Sequence record: NC_055900.1
Reading direction: 5' to 3' (one strand)
Length of the DNA: 40,000 nt
DNA from: an uncultured phage cr125_1
Shown here in pieces: positions 21,617 to 30,337 of this stretch; the stretch's first letter is position 1, and each line of letters opens with the position of its first letter. A program made the translations under genes and the position numbers. The notes beneath the pieces are model-generated. The model saw only the letters and a program-made list of their open reading frames with translations, was not told the DNA's origin and did no database searches.

Positions 21617-21976
21617 TTACTTAATCTTCTTAGCCACACAATCATACGGTTTAACCAGCATGCTGTCTTTAAATAAATCAAAATCCTTAGCAAATTTCTT
21701 ATTGAATACAACAGTATCTCCAACTGCAAATTCTGGTTGTGTTGTAAGTTCTGTTCCAATTGCAAGTACGATACCGGTTCTCCACTCTGATTCTACTTCT
21801 TTTACCTCTGTCTTAGTTTCAAACTTCTCATATCCATCTACGTCTTTTTCACCAGTACCAACTGCTTCAGTTACTTCTTTCTTCAACATAATTGGTTCCA
21901 GAGGTTTAATCAAAATATCTTTCAAAGGAATATATTCCAAACCGTTTATTACTGTCTCAAGTACTTTATCTTCCAT
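21617..21976 (-). CDS. GroES/Cpn10-like protein, 119 aa
   Basis: GLEYIPLKDILIKPLEPIM...GIVLAIG...FAVGDTVVFNKKFAKDFDLFKDSMLVKPYDCVAKKIK resembles the co-chaperonin beta-barrel pattern. Confidence 0.5.
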   Translation of the reverse strand: MEDKVLETVINGLEYIPLKDILIKPLEPIMLKKEVTEAVGTGEKDVDGYEKFETKTEVKEVESEWRTGIVLAIGTELTTQPEFAVGDTVVFNKKFAKDFDLFKDSMLVKPYDCVAKKIK

Positions 21977-21989
21977 ATTATTTTATTGT

Positions 21990-22160
21990 TTATTTCTTAA
22001 TTTCTTTTAGTATATTACCGCCCCATATACAATTTCTAAGGGCTTTAGGAGGGCATGTTTGTTTATTTAAAAAGTAACAGTCATCACAACTACCTCCTTT
22101 ACTTGGTATTACTTCAAATTTCTTATTTAGTATTTCTACTATTCTCTTCTCCTTCTGCAT
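21990..22160 (-). CDS. Small Cys-motif protein, 56 aa
   Basis: MQKEKRIVEILNKKFEVIPSKGGSCDDCYFLNKQTCPPKALRNCIWGGNILKEIKK*; Cys pattern similar to 22245..22445. Confidence 0.6.
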   Translation of the reverse strand: MQKEKRIVEILNKKFEVIPSKGGSCDDCYFLNKQTCPPKALRNCIWGGNILKEIKK

Positions 22161-22245
22161 ATTCTTTAGCTTTGTATATACACCTCCATATTACATTAGT
22201 AATACCAGATCCTATAATAAAACCTATTATAAAACTTTCATTCAT
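22123..22245 (-). CDS. Small membrane-type protein, 40 aa
   Basis: MNESFIIGFIIGSGITNVIWRCIYKAKEYAEGEENSRNTK*; overlaps start of the downstream gene out of frame, TAATG coupling upstream. Confidence 0.45.
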   Translation of the reverse strand: MNESFIIGFIIGSGITNVIWRCIYKAKEYAEGEENSRNTK

Positions 22246-22445
22246 TAGAATTCTGCTTTTTTAAATATAAATCCTTGTCTACAGTAAGATACAAGTTTAT
22301 CATCACATTTCTTATTATAGAAAGCACATCCTTCACAATACTTAGAAGAAGTTTCTGTCTGTACTAGTTGATACGTACTACCTTTGTAATCTATGTATTT
22401 ACCAGAGTATGCTGGTTCTATTTTAACTAACTTTCTTTTACCCAT
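22245..22445 (-). CDS. Small Cys-motif protein, 66 aa
   Basis: ...GSTYQLVQTETSSKYCEGCAFYNKKCDDKLVSYCRQGFIFKKAEF*; CxxC...C...C pattern. Confidence 0.6.
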   Translation of the reverse strand: MGKRKLVKIEPAYSGKYIDYKGSTYQLVQTETSSKYCEGCAFYNKKCDDKLVSYCRQGFIFKKAEF

Positions 22446-22661
22446 AATGCGTATAATATTATATATTAGGATATACTTAACTAAAGTATACTTTATCTAA
22501 AGTAAGGTCTATTAATACTGTTTAATCTGTCTTAGTATGTCTTAGACTGTCATTGACTGCATAGACAGTAACGTATAAATATGCCTTTAGGTTCCCATTT
22601 ATATCAACTTTTTAACATTTATTAAGAACAATTATGGCTATTTAACGACAATATTTTAACA

Positions 22662-23531
22662 TTATTTAACCATTAATTCACGTAATTCATCAGCTAATTT
22701 CTTAGCATCTGGATGAGCTGCACCGCTACATCTGAGCTTAAAAAAGCCTTCCCAATCACTCTCAAAGCCTGTCATTACTAGTTCTGTTTTAGTTGCATTA
22801 GGGAGTACTTGCCTTGCTTGTTGAGGTTTCCATCCGTTATTTAATAGTGTAAAATACTCTTCTTCTGCACTTCTTAATGCTCGTATAAATATACTAGTGT
22901 CGTCTCTATCTGTATCTCTAAATTCCTGATTCAAAGAGTCTATACTTTCTTCAATCCAACTAGGCTTAATAAGAGTAAGTTCGTTATTAAATTTATCCTT
23001 ACTATAGTTGCAGTAACGGGTACTCTCTTGTGCAAAGCTAAATACTCTATGTCTAACAAATTCATGACTTACTCCTCTATCACATATGAACTTAGCTGTG
23101 ATACGTTTTTCGTGATACCTTGTAGGTTCACATCGATATGTTTTTAGATCATCTAACCAATTGTTTTCTACTAATACTCTTAAGTTAGTAGTTACGCATG
23201 CTACATCCTCTCCACTCCATGCATATTGAGCTACCTTTACTTTTGAATACTTGTTACTTTGATATTTATAAAAGCTATGGTTGGGTGTAAGATTGTTATT
23301 ATTGTCTACATCACCATCAAATACTAAACACGCTAAGTAAATAGTACCATGCTCCAACATAGCCCCATGACCAAGCTTAATCATACGATCTACGAACTTT
23401 TTAGCACTGTCTTCTGTTATCTTATCCTCTGACTTATAGCAGGTCCTTCCAGCTAATTCTATCATCTTATAAGGATCTTTCTCCTTAATTATCTGTACAC
23501 TAGATTCTATTAATTTCATATAATGTTGCAT
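22662..23531 (-). CDS. thyX: Flavin-dependent thymidylate synthase ThyX
   Basis: Signature RHRxxSxxxxSxRY present as RHRVFSFAQESTRYCNYS; full-length 289 aa. Confidence 0.95.
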   Translation of the reverse strand: MQHYMKLIESSVQIIKEKDPYKMIELAGRTCYKSEDKITEDSAKKFVDRMIKLGHGAMLEHGTIYLACLVFDGDVDNNNNLTPNHSFYKYQSNKYSKVKVAQYAWSGEDVACVTTNLRVLVENNWLDDLKTYRCEPTRYHEKRITAKFICDRGVSHEFVRHRVFSFAQESTRYCNYSKDKFNNELTLIKPSWIEESIDSLNQEFRDTDRDDTSIFIRALRSAEEEYFTLLNNGWKPQQARQVLPNATKTELVMTGFESDWEGFFKLRCSGAAHPDAKKLADELRELMVK

Positions 23532-23559
23532 TAAGTTATATTAATAATAACGCAAAATG

Positions 23560-23747
23560 TTAAAATAATTACAGATATTTAACATATTTTATAAAAATTT
23601 TTTAGAAAATAAAATTTTGAATGTGGGTGTGAGTGTGTGGAGTAGCAAAGATTCACTCCCCCGTATTATGTATCGGCAGGGAACACCCGCGTGTCTAATT
23701 CACTTCGTGTTCCCTTTTATGTTCACATTTTTTAACTTTAACATTTT
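23560..23747. promoter_or_regulatory. Divergent intergenic region, likely bidirectional promoter
   Basis: Single switch point from - strand genes (thyX) to + strand genes; AT-rich with a GC-rich patch (ATTCACTCCCCCG). Confidence 0.45.
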
Positions 23748-24326
23748 TTGCTTATGTTGTGTACTATTAAACAATTCGAGAAAAGAGAAGATGAAAACAG
23801 AGAATTGCCATTCTATGTAATACGTGCTACTGGTTCACGTGGTGACATTGATGCTAAGAGCGCGTTTAACGAAGATGGTACTATTAATGTCATGGCTATG
23901 CAGAGTAGGGTGTTTAACTTCACGAAAACAATGTTTCCAGCTACTAAGGAACTATGCGAGAGCCTTGAAAGCGGAATGCCGGTTGATGATGATGGCAATT
24001 TAACAGAAGAACGTAAAATAAACTTAATGTTGTATCAATGGGATACCGGCAAGAAGTTTAACATTGTCAACAAGGACGGTGAGTTTTACGGAGACATGCA
24101 GACTGTTGAAAAGGTAGCGGATAAACAGATGACGAAGAACGGCAAAATACTCAAACCAGGTGATAAGTACATGGAGGAGGAGTTTGTTGCGCGTGTCTAT
24201 ACGCAAGTGTCATTAGTGTTATTCTGTGATACTGAAGAGAACTGTGTTGAGGGTAATGCGGAGGAGCTTGCCGAACGTTCATTTAAACGAGGTATTGAAA
24301 ATGGCACTTATATTCTGGTAGATTAG
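23748..24326 (+). CDS. Hypothetical early protein, 192 aa, terminates at TAG
   Basis: Intact ORF beginning the + strand array; stop TAG at 24324..24326. Confidence 0.65.
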   Translation: MLMLCTIKQFEKREDENRELPFYVIRATGSRGDIDAKSAFNEDGTINVMAMQSRVFNFTKTMFPATKELCESLESGMPVDDDGNLTEERKINLMLYQWDTGKKFNIVNKDGEFYGDMQTVEKVADKQMTKNGKILKPGDKYMEEEFVARVYTQVSLVLFCDTEENCVEGNAEELAERSFKRGIENGTYILVD

Positions 24327-24467
24327 AATATATAGCGCTTGTTGTAAGCTATGAGATGTGTGAGGCTATACAGCCTTGCACACTCTGCAAATCACAATTG
24401 AATGTGAACATAGCGAAAATATTAAATAAGTTTTAGGTGTAAAAATGCAAATCAAACAATATATAAT

Positions 24468-24626
24468 ATGAAAGGAATTGCAATATTTTATGTATATGTA
24501 TTTATATTAGCAGTATTAATAGTATTAGCACCCAATGATAGATTTGCTCTTATTGGGGTTACTGTATATTCTATAATAAGTACAGCATTATTAGCATGTT
24601 TCATTGAATCAGAATCAAAAGAGTAA
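24468..24626 (+). CDS. Small membrane protein, 52 aa
   Basis: MKGIAIFYVYVFILAVLIVLAPNDRFALIGVTVYSIISTALLACFIESESKE*; two hydrophobic segments. Confidence 0.5.
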   Translation: MKGIAIFYVYVFILAVLIVLAPNDRFALIGVTVYSIISTALLACFIESESKE

Positions 24627-24979
24627 TTAACATTTAAATCAATTAAGTTATGAGAACAATCAATGGAAAACGCTATCTCTTGATAGCAACATGTACATCA
24701 CGTAGATTAAACATTTACAAGTAACGCAGCCAAAGACAGTGACAAGCCTGTAAAATCAATTTGAATGCAGAGTCAAGAGTAAATATTATATTCCTCGGCA
24801 GAGTACGTTAAATGTTATTATTATCCTTATGTACATAGGAGTAATACAGGGCATATAATATAATCCACGTGGTAAGGGCACAGTTAGGTTCGCTGTGAGT
24901 ACACCCTTTAGTAGCAACTAACCAAAGCAAGTATAGATGGGAATAAGCTATTACCTCGATAGGCTTAATGAGGTACTTG

Positions 24980-25280
24980 ACAGTCTGACACTAACTGAAC
25001 AATAAGTGTCAAATAACTCTCTACTGAATCACAGGCTCGAGACGTTTAAGAGTTAGCGTGTGCAGGTAGAGAGTTCTTTAAGGTGAGAATCCTTGACAAG
25101 CATGTGGGGCTTATATCTATTCATACAGAGCAAGTACGTACGGGAAAGCTTAAAATACTCATCTGTAAAATAGTATTAGTGCAGACTTTAAAATCATGCA
25201 ATAACACACACCCTGTTCTATTTCTATCTGATAAATGCAAAACTGTGTGTTATAATAGAGCTAAGCGTAGCTCAGTCCTC
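24980..25280 (+). ncRNA. Structured RNA copy A (group I-like core order), unclassified
   Basis: Helices TGACACT/AGTGTCA, AACTCTCTAC/GTAGAGAGTT, GCATG/CATGC, ATAACACACA/TGTGTGTTAT, GAGCTA/TAGCTC; shares TGACAA-N5-TGGGGC, GAAAGC and GTGCAGAC-KTTAAAATC with copy B. Confidence 0.5.
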
Positions 25281-25545
25281 ATATACAGCATATCAACTAT
25301 TATTTGTGTCTTAATTATTTGTTTCGTTAGAATAATATGGATTTGTAGATACTAAGCGTAGTATTGTTAGTATATTTATATGTGAATATAGATATACTAA
25401 TCGCATTCACGAAGATGCCTTCACGTGGCGAATGTGTAAGTAATAGGTTAAATCAAATCTTCCAGTTTGTACCTATGAAACTAAATCTTCATTTTAGTCA
25501 AAAATCTTTTTACAACAATATTGTCTAACTAAAATTATCAAAATT

Positions 25546-25812
25546 ATGAAAAGTGTAATTAATTACATCAAAGAGAATGGTATCAAGTTAGCAGCTAATT
25601 CAAAAGCTAAAAAGCTTATTGAACTGTGTGGGTCTAAAGTAGAAATAGCAATAGCCTTGCAGACTACTAAAGCTTACAAAGACGACAAAAAACTACGCGA
25701 ATTGTGTAAGAAAGTAGTTGAAGATGCAGGCAATAAGCAAGCTGAAAGCAATGCTAAACCTGAGAAGATGTCCGTTTCTACAAGATGCGGTGAACGCGAA
25801 AGAGGCTGGTAG
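25546..25812 (+). CDS. Hypothetical protein, 88 aa, terminates at TAG
   Basis: MKSVINYIKENGIKLAANSKAKKLIELCG...RCGERERGW followed by TAG, then a strong terminator about 25 nt later. Confidence 0.6.
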   Translation: MKSVINYIKENGIKLAANSKAKKLIELCGSKVEIAIALQTTKAYKDDKKLRELCKKVVEDAGNKQAESNAKPEKMSVSTRCGERERGW

Positions 25813-25836
25813 GACAAAAAGAATTTAATAACTATT

Positions 25837-25864
25837 AAGGGATAGACTAATCTATCCCTTTTTT
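25837..25864 (+). terminator. Rho-independent terminator
   Basis: AAGGGATAGA-CTAA-TCTATCCCTT-TTTT, perfect 10-bp stem. Confidence 0.9.
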
Positions 25865-25881
25865 ATTAAACATTAAAGATT

Positions 25882-27129
25882 ATGACTAAATGGCAAGAAT
25901 CGTGCATTACAGCACTCGCTTCATCACCACTTGCATGGGAAGCCTTTAAAATGAAGCAAAGAAACAAGAGAATGTTATGGCAATATGTTAATAGAATATG
26001 GCCATATAAAAGAATAAAAAAGACAAGAACAAGTACTCTTGAGTATACTGAATGTATTAATGAGTTAAAGATCTTTACAAAATGGTTAGTAAATAATCAT
26101 AATAATCTCGAAGAAAAACTTTTTACATTTAGAAAAGGAAAAGTTAAATCAAATATACTAGAGGAAGCTTTAAAAGATATTACTCATCCTATAAGTACAG
26201 AAGGAGTAGGAGGAAACTATTTTCTAGACATTAACTTTAGTTATAAATCAGGAAGTACTGATGAAGTATCTACTTGCGGTGATAGACAAATATCATATAC
26301 GATAAGTAACAGATATGGTATTAAGGAAGGAAAAGAATATTATATAAATCATATTAGAGTTTCTAGCTCTCTTTATAATATGCATGGGATGTTTAGCCAA
26401 GTATTTGCTGAATTACAGTATATAGTAAAAAAGCTAGAACTACTACAAGATACGTTACGTAATCATAAACCTCATATTTTATACAATTCATTAAATATAG
26501 GTATTGAAATTGAGCATGATGCAGATAATCCTACATCAAAAGAAATAAAAAAGTTAATACTTAGGCATAATTGTAGTAGTTATGACTCAGGATTTGATGG
26601 AAATATGGATCATCGTCTTCGTGAAAATCGTATAAGACTAAATGGAATTAATGGTCTAAAAGGATTATACATACTTCTAGAAGATATGAAAGAAAATACT
26701 GCTATTGCTAGAAATAGTAGTGTACATATGCATATAGATTGTAAATATGATGAATATAATGAACATTATACAAAATATTACAAGAATAAATTACGTAAAC
26801 AAGGTATATATGGTTGGAATGATGCAGTAAGTTATTATACTAAAAGATTAGTAATAAGAAATCCCGAAGCAATTAAATATTTACAATATATATTTAATTA
26901 TAAAAATGTAGGTGAGAAAATGTTCTGGTCAAATAGTAGTAATGTAAGAATAGCTACTGAATTTGACACTATAGAATATCGTTTTTTAATCGTAAATTTG
27001 AAATATAGTGATTATGTTATACAAATGTTAGCGTTAATTCATATAACAGAATGTATAAAACATAATTGCATATTAAATAAATCTTATTTGAGTACTTTAG
27101 CTACAGTCGCAAAGAGTTTACGAAAGTAA
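25882..27129 (+). CDS. Amidoligase-like (ATP-grasp-like COOH-NH2 ligase) protein, 415 aa
   Basis: GIEIEHD ... FDGNMDHRLRENRIRLNGINGLKGLYILLEDMKE ... NSSVHMHIDCK ... EFDTIEYRFLIVNLKY matches the Amidoligase_2 motif order (GxExE, HxH, TxExR). Confidence 0.7.
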   Translation: MTKWQESCITALASSPLAWEAFKMKQRNKRMLWQYVNRIWPYKRIKKTRTSTLEYTECINELKIFTKWLVNNHNNLEEKLFTFRKGKVKSNILEEALKDITHPISTEGVGGNYFLDINFSYKSGSTDEVSTCGDRQISYTISNRYGIKEGKEYYINHIRVSSSLYNMHGMFSQVFAELQYIVKKLELLQDTLRNHKPHILYNSLNIGIEIEHDADNPTSKEIKKLILRHNCSSYDSGFDGNMDHRLRENRIRLNGINGLKGLYILLEDMKENTAIARNSSVHMHIDCKYDEYNEHYTKYYKNKLRKQGIYGWNDAVSYYTKRLVIRNPEAIKYLQYIFNYKNVGEKMFWSNSSNVRIATEFDTIEYRFLIVNLKYSDYVIQMLALIHITECIKHNCILNKSYLSTLATVAKSLRK

Positions 27130-27496
27130 GATTGGCCCTCGAAATATACTTAGTGATACTAGTGCCCGAAGTATAAATGAGATTAATGTAGGGATATATT
27201 CTAGAGTATATCTACTTAGAACATTCCGTTATCTGTTTCGATGCTCTTGCCAAGCGAAAACAGATGGGTATAGACTTAGGATTGGCCTCCTTTAGTCTAT
27301 ATGATTAGCAATAAATTGTTATAATATAGTAAAGCGTTTAGACTATATATGTTATAACAAAAGTTGTTTACTCTGCCTTATAGTTTAATTCTGTAGTAAT
27401 ACAGATTGGGGTAATAAAACAAACAGTTTACTGTTTATGTAGGTTCCTATTCCTACTAAGGTACTATCTAAAGATTAACTTTTAAACATTATCAAA

Positions 27497-27817
27497 ATGG
27501 TTACAATTAAAAGAGATAAACACTATAATATAGTAAATAATATCAGTAAAACAGTATTATCAATTATACTAATATTGCTTGCATCTACTTTTTTTTATAT
27601 GCTTTACGGTTCTATTGAAGTAAATACTGATAAAACACCTTATAATATAGTAGAATTAAAGGCTCAGTATAAGAATTGTATAGTAGTAGATAAACATCAA
27701 ACAAATAATACTTATACTTTAGATATTAGAAATCCTATAACTAACAAAATAGAGAAACAATACGTCAAAGATTACATATATTATAACATTTATTTTATAG
27801 GAGATACAATAAAATGA
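27497..27817 (+). CDS. Membrane-anchored hypothetical protein, 106 aa
   Basis: N-terminal hydrophobic segment TVLSIILILLASTFFYMLYG. Confidence 0.6.
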   Translation: MVTIKRDKHYNIVNNISKTVLSIILILLASTFFYMLYGSIEVNTDKTPYNIVELKAQYKNCIVVDKHQTNNTYTLDIRNPITNKIEKQYVKDYIYYNIYFIGDTIK

Positions 27818-28047
27818 AAGATTACATCGAGAAACATGTACAAAAGACTAAAACTATGTACAGAATAAAGGCTTACTATAAAGGTAAGACTTATTATTTA
27901 GGTAGTACAGATGATCCTAATAAAGCTCAAGCTGTAAGAGAAACCTTTTTAGAACATATAAAAGATGTTCCAAAAACAGAGAGAGGCAAATTTAGTAAAT
28001 CATTTGCTATGGAAGTAGGAACACTAAAGTATTCTCACAACAATTAA
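27814..28047 (+). CDS. Small protein, 77 aa, AP2-like or arm-type DNA-binding look
   Basis: MYRIKAYYKGKTYYLGSTDDPNKAQAVRETF; weak resemblance only; ATGA overlap with previous gene. Confidence 0.5.
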   Translation: MKDYIEKHVQKTKTMYRIKAYYKGKTYYLGSTDDPNKAQAVRETFLEHIKDVPKTERGKFSKSFAMEVGTLKYSHNN

Positions 28048-28074
28048 TTATTAACTATTAAACATTTATCAAAA

Positions 28075-28524
28075 ATGGAGAAAAACAACAACAAATTGAG
28101 CATTATTGCTCTAGTATTTGCAATCATAGCTGCACTAGTCTCATTCTATACATGCTATAGTACAGACAAGCTATGCAATATTTTCAGTAATGAAGAAACT
28201 GAGAGTGTACAAACAATTACTTCTGCTGGAGAAGTTATAGACGAACCAGCAACAATTGATGACGTACTTCAATTCCGGCGAGACACTAAGGAATATGAAA
28301 GATATGATTCAATATTCATGAATATGCCGGATGTAGCATTAATCGCTATTCTAATGAAAGGAGGTACAAATATGTCAAACAGTGATATCGCTAAAGAGTA
28401 TCTCTCTAACAGGAAGGATTACGATAATGTAGAATTTGGTGCGCAAATTAATGCAATCTATAAACAAAGGGCAACTGAACCTGATACTATACCAAGGAAA
28501 TTAAAGCCTGATTCAATTCACTAA
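28075..28524 (+). CDS. Membrane-associated hypothetical protein, 149 aa
   Basis: N-terminal hydrophobic segment LSIIALVFAIIAALVSFYTCY. Confidence 0.6.
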   Translation: MEKNNNKLSIIALVFAIIAALVSFYTCYSTDKLCNIFSNEETESVQTITSAGEVIDEPATIDDVLQFRRDTKEYERYDSIFMNMPDVALIAILMKGGTNMSNSDIAKEYLSNRKDYDNVEFGAQINAIYKQRATEPDTIPRKLKPDSIH

Positions 28525-28559
28525 GACAACTCAGACTGTGTTTGCTTGTGAAAGTAGGC

Positions 28560-28760
28560 ATAGTCGTCCTCAGGAAATGACAAACCTGTGGGGCGTAAGT
28601 AAGTGCATATCTATAGCCCTTAGCTGAATACGACAGAAAGCGCATAGAAATACTCGTATTTGTACTTATAATCGTGCAGACGTTAAAATCAGGTACACCA
28701 ATAAGGAAAGTTTGACAGCAATCCTGCTTATGTGTTAAAACTATGAGAGAGTCTAAAGTG
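28560..28760 (+). ncRNA. Structured RNA copy B (paralogue of 24980..25280)
   Basis: TGACAA-ACCTG-TGGGGC ... AGAAAGC ... GTGCAGACGTTAAAAT-CAGGT; ACAC+ATAAG pair with CTTAT+GTGT; AGAC/GTCT. Confidence 0.5.
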
Positions 28761-28893
28761 TAAATGTGTAGAGAAATTTGTTATTATTCTTAAAAACAAC
28801 TTTTATTCTAACAAATGTGCTGATACTAGCTAAATAAAATCCAGAGTATCCTGGTCGTCGTCAGAATGTTATTAACTTTAAATATTTAAAGAA

Positions 28894-29163
28894 ATGAGTA
28901 TTATCAAAAAACTTTATTACAAATGGAGAGCATATAAAGTGCGATCTATGGCTAAACAAAAAGTACGGGAAAAGCTTTTTAATAGCCCTCTAGCTTATAC
29001 TAGAGCTATGAATGAAATTGACTGTATGGTCAATGGTCATCAATGGAGTAGTGAGTTTGATCCTAAAACTGAAATTAATAAGAAGTTTAAGGACAGAGTT
29101 TACTGCAAACATTGCGGAGTTCGTTGGCATCAACATGCCTATAAAGAAATTAAGAATTCTTAA
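28894..29163 (+). CDS. Putative zinc-binding protein, 89 aa
   Basis: C-terminal VYCKHCGVRWHQHAYKE. Confidence 0.55.
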   Translation: MSIIKKLYYKWRAYKVRSMAKQKVREKLFNSPLAYTRAMNEIDCMVNGHQWSSEFDPKTEINKKFKDRVYCKHCGVRWHQHAYKEIKNS

Positions 29164-29190
29164 ATTCTATTAACAATTAATCAATAATTT

Positions 29191-29586
29191 ATGAAACTAA
29201 TTATGTTCGGGATTACAGATCCCACTATGACTTCTGAGGAAGTTAAACAAATCTTAGCTGATAGCTTTGGTGATAGTATAGGTAATGTACTTGAAGTACC
29301 TAATGAGTTCTTCAGTAATCAATCTCCTACTACAGCACGACAGAAAAAAGATAGCGACTTCATTACAGCTTGCAAAGGAATTTGTAAAGTATGTGGAGAC
29401 CCAGTAGAAGAAGAAGGCTTTAGAGCTGAATTCTGGAAAGCTTATCTTATTGACCATGCTATTGAAGAACCTATCCTTGAAGTACTTGCAAAAGGCCCTA
29501 CAAGTGCTACAGACTATCGTTATCTTAAAAAGATAGGAGGTTCCTATATTCCTAAATTAGCAACATCTGCTTTAATTCTAAAGTAA
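29191..29586 (+). CDS. Hypothetical protein, 131 aa
   Basis: Intact ORF with CKVCGDP motif. Confidence 0.6.
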   Translation: MKLIMFGITDPTMTSEEVKQILADSFGDSIGNVLEVPNEFFSNQSPTTARQKKDSDFITACKGICKVCGDPVEEEGFRAEFWKAYLIDHAIEEPILEVLAKGPTSATDYRYLKKIGGSYIPKLATSALILK

Positions 29587-29587
29587 T

Positions 29588-29713
29588 ATGGGAAAGACAT
29601 TCAAAGATAGTGTGTATAGTATGGCTAAAGCCAGTGCTAAGAAGACAAAGACACCTCGTCGTGCCAAGTTACAACCTTATGACCGTAAGACATTCAAAGG
29701 TATAAGCTATGAG
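29588..29713 (+). CDS. Small basic protein, 41 aa
   Basis: MGKTFKDSVYSMAKASAKKTKTPRRAKLQPYDRKTFKGISYE*; overlaps next start; absent from ORF track. Confidence 0.5.
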
Positions 29714-29903
29714 TAAATTAATTAGTAATCATGTATTAAGGGCAACTGAAAGTAACATGCTTAAGAATGATTGCCCGCTCAACTGCAACAAACAATATTG
29801 CACTGATTGCCAATTTAGAGAGAAATCCTCTAAAGTGACACAAAATAAAAAGACTATCATTACTCCTTCGCCAGAGGTATATGGTAGAGATTTGTATTAT
29901 TAA
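29709..29903 (+). CDS. Small Cys-containing protein, 64 aa
   Basis: CPLNCNKQYCTDCQFREKS Cys cluster. Confidence 0.55.
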   Translation: MSKLISNHVLRATESNMLKNDCPLNCNKQYCTDCQFREKSSKVTQNKKTIITPSPEVYGRDLYY

Positions 29904-29937
29904 CCCTAAACAAGTTAATATGGTGAAGTCAACCCTA

Positions 29938-30171
29938 AGAACTACTAACCAACCAGAACCCTAATGGAAGCTTAGAAATAAGCAAGAGTACAATGGACTA
30001 TACAACGGTCAACCAAGTATTTATACTTAGGTCAGGTGAAGGATATGGGTTGCCTACTAAATAAGAAATACGAATAAGTAGGAGTAGTTCTTTTTTAAAG
30101 AAATTAAAGAAATTGACTGTTAGGTCTATTGGATTATTGTTTGGACGAGGGTTCGACTCCCTCATGCTCCA
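29938..30171 (+). ncRNA. ssrA: tmRNA 3' half (acceptor side), circularly permuted gene
   Basis: Ends ...TCTATT-GG-ATTATTGTT-TGGAC-GAGGG-TTCGACT-CCCTC-ATGCTCC-A, the canonical tmRNA 3' domain pattern; ATGCTCC pairs with GGGGCAT at 30338; contains GCTTA-GAAA-TAAGC and AAGTAT-TT-ATACTT hairpins and an AGAACTACT/AGTAGTTCT enclosing helix. 5' boundary uncertain. Confidence 0.65.
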
Positions 30172-30337
30172 CTAAGTTCGTTCGACTCGAACCAGTGGCA
30201 ACTTCTGTATGGGGTAACTTCCATGGCTATTGAAATAATATAGTTGTCGGCAACTAAGTTGCATAAATAAAACAAGGAGATTAGTAGGTTTCCTAGCCAT
30301 TAGGTTGCAAGTCCTATAAAAAGGAAACCTTAATCTA

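Noticed and set aside
23617-23820. + strand ORF 67 aa MNVGVSVWSSKDSL...
   Set aside because: Lies in the divergent promoter gap and overlaps the more credible ORF starting at 23748 in another frame.
29938-30097. AGAACTACT...AGTAGTTCTTTTTT as a simple rho-independent terminator
   Set aside because: The loop would be about 136 nt, and the inner hairpins suggest it is part of the tmRNA 3' half; a terminator role is not excluded but not favoured.
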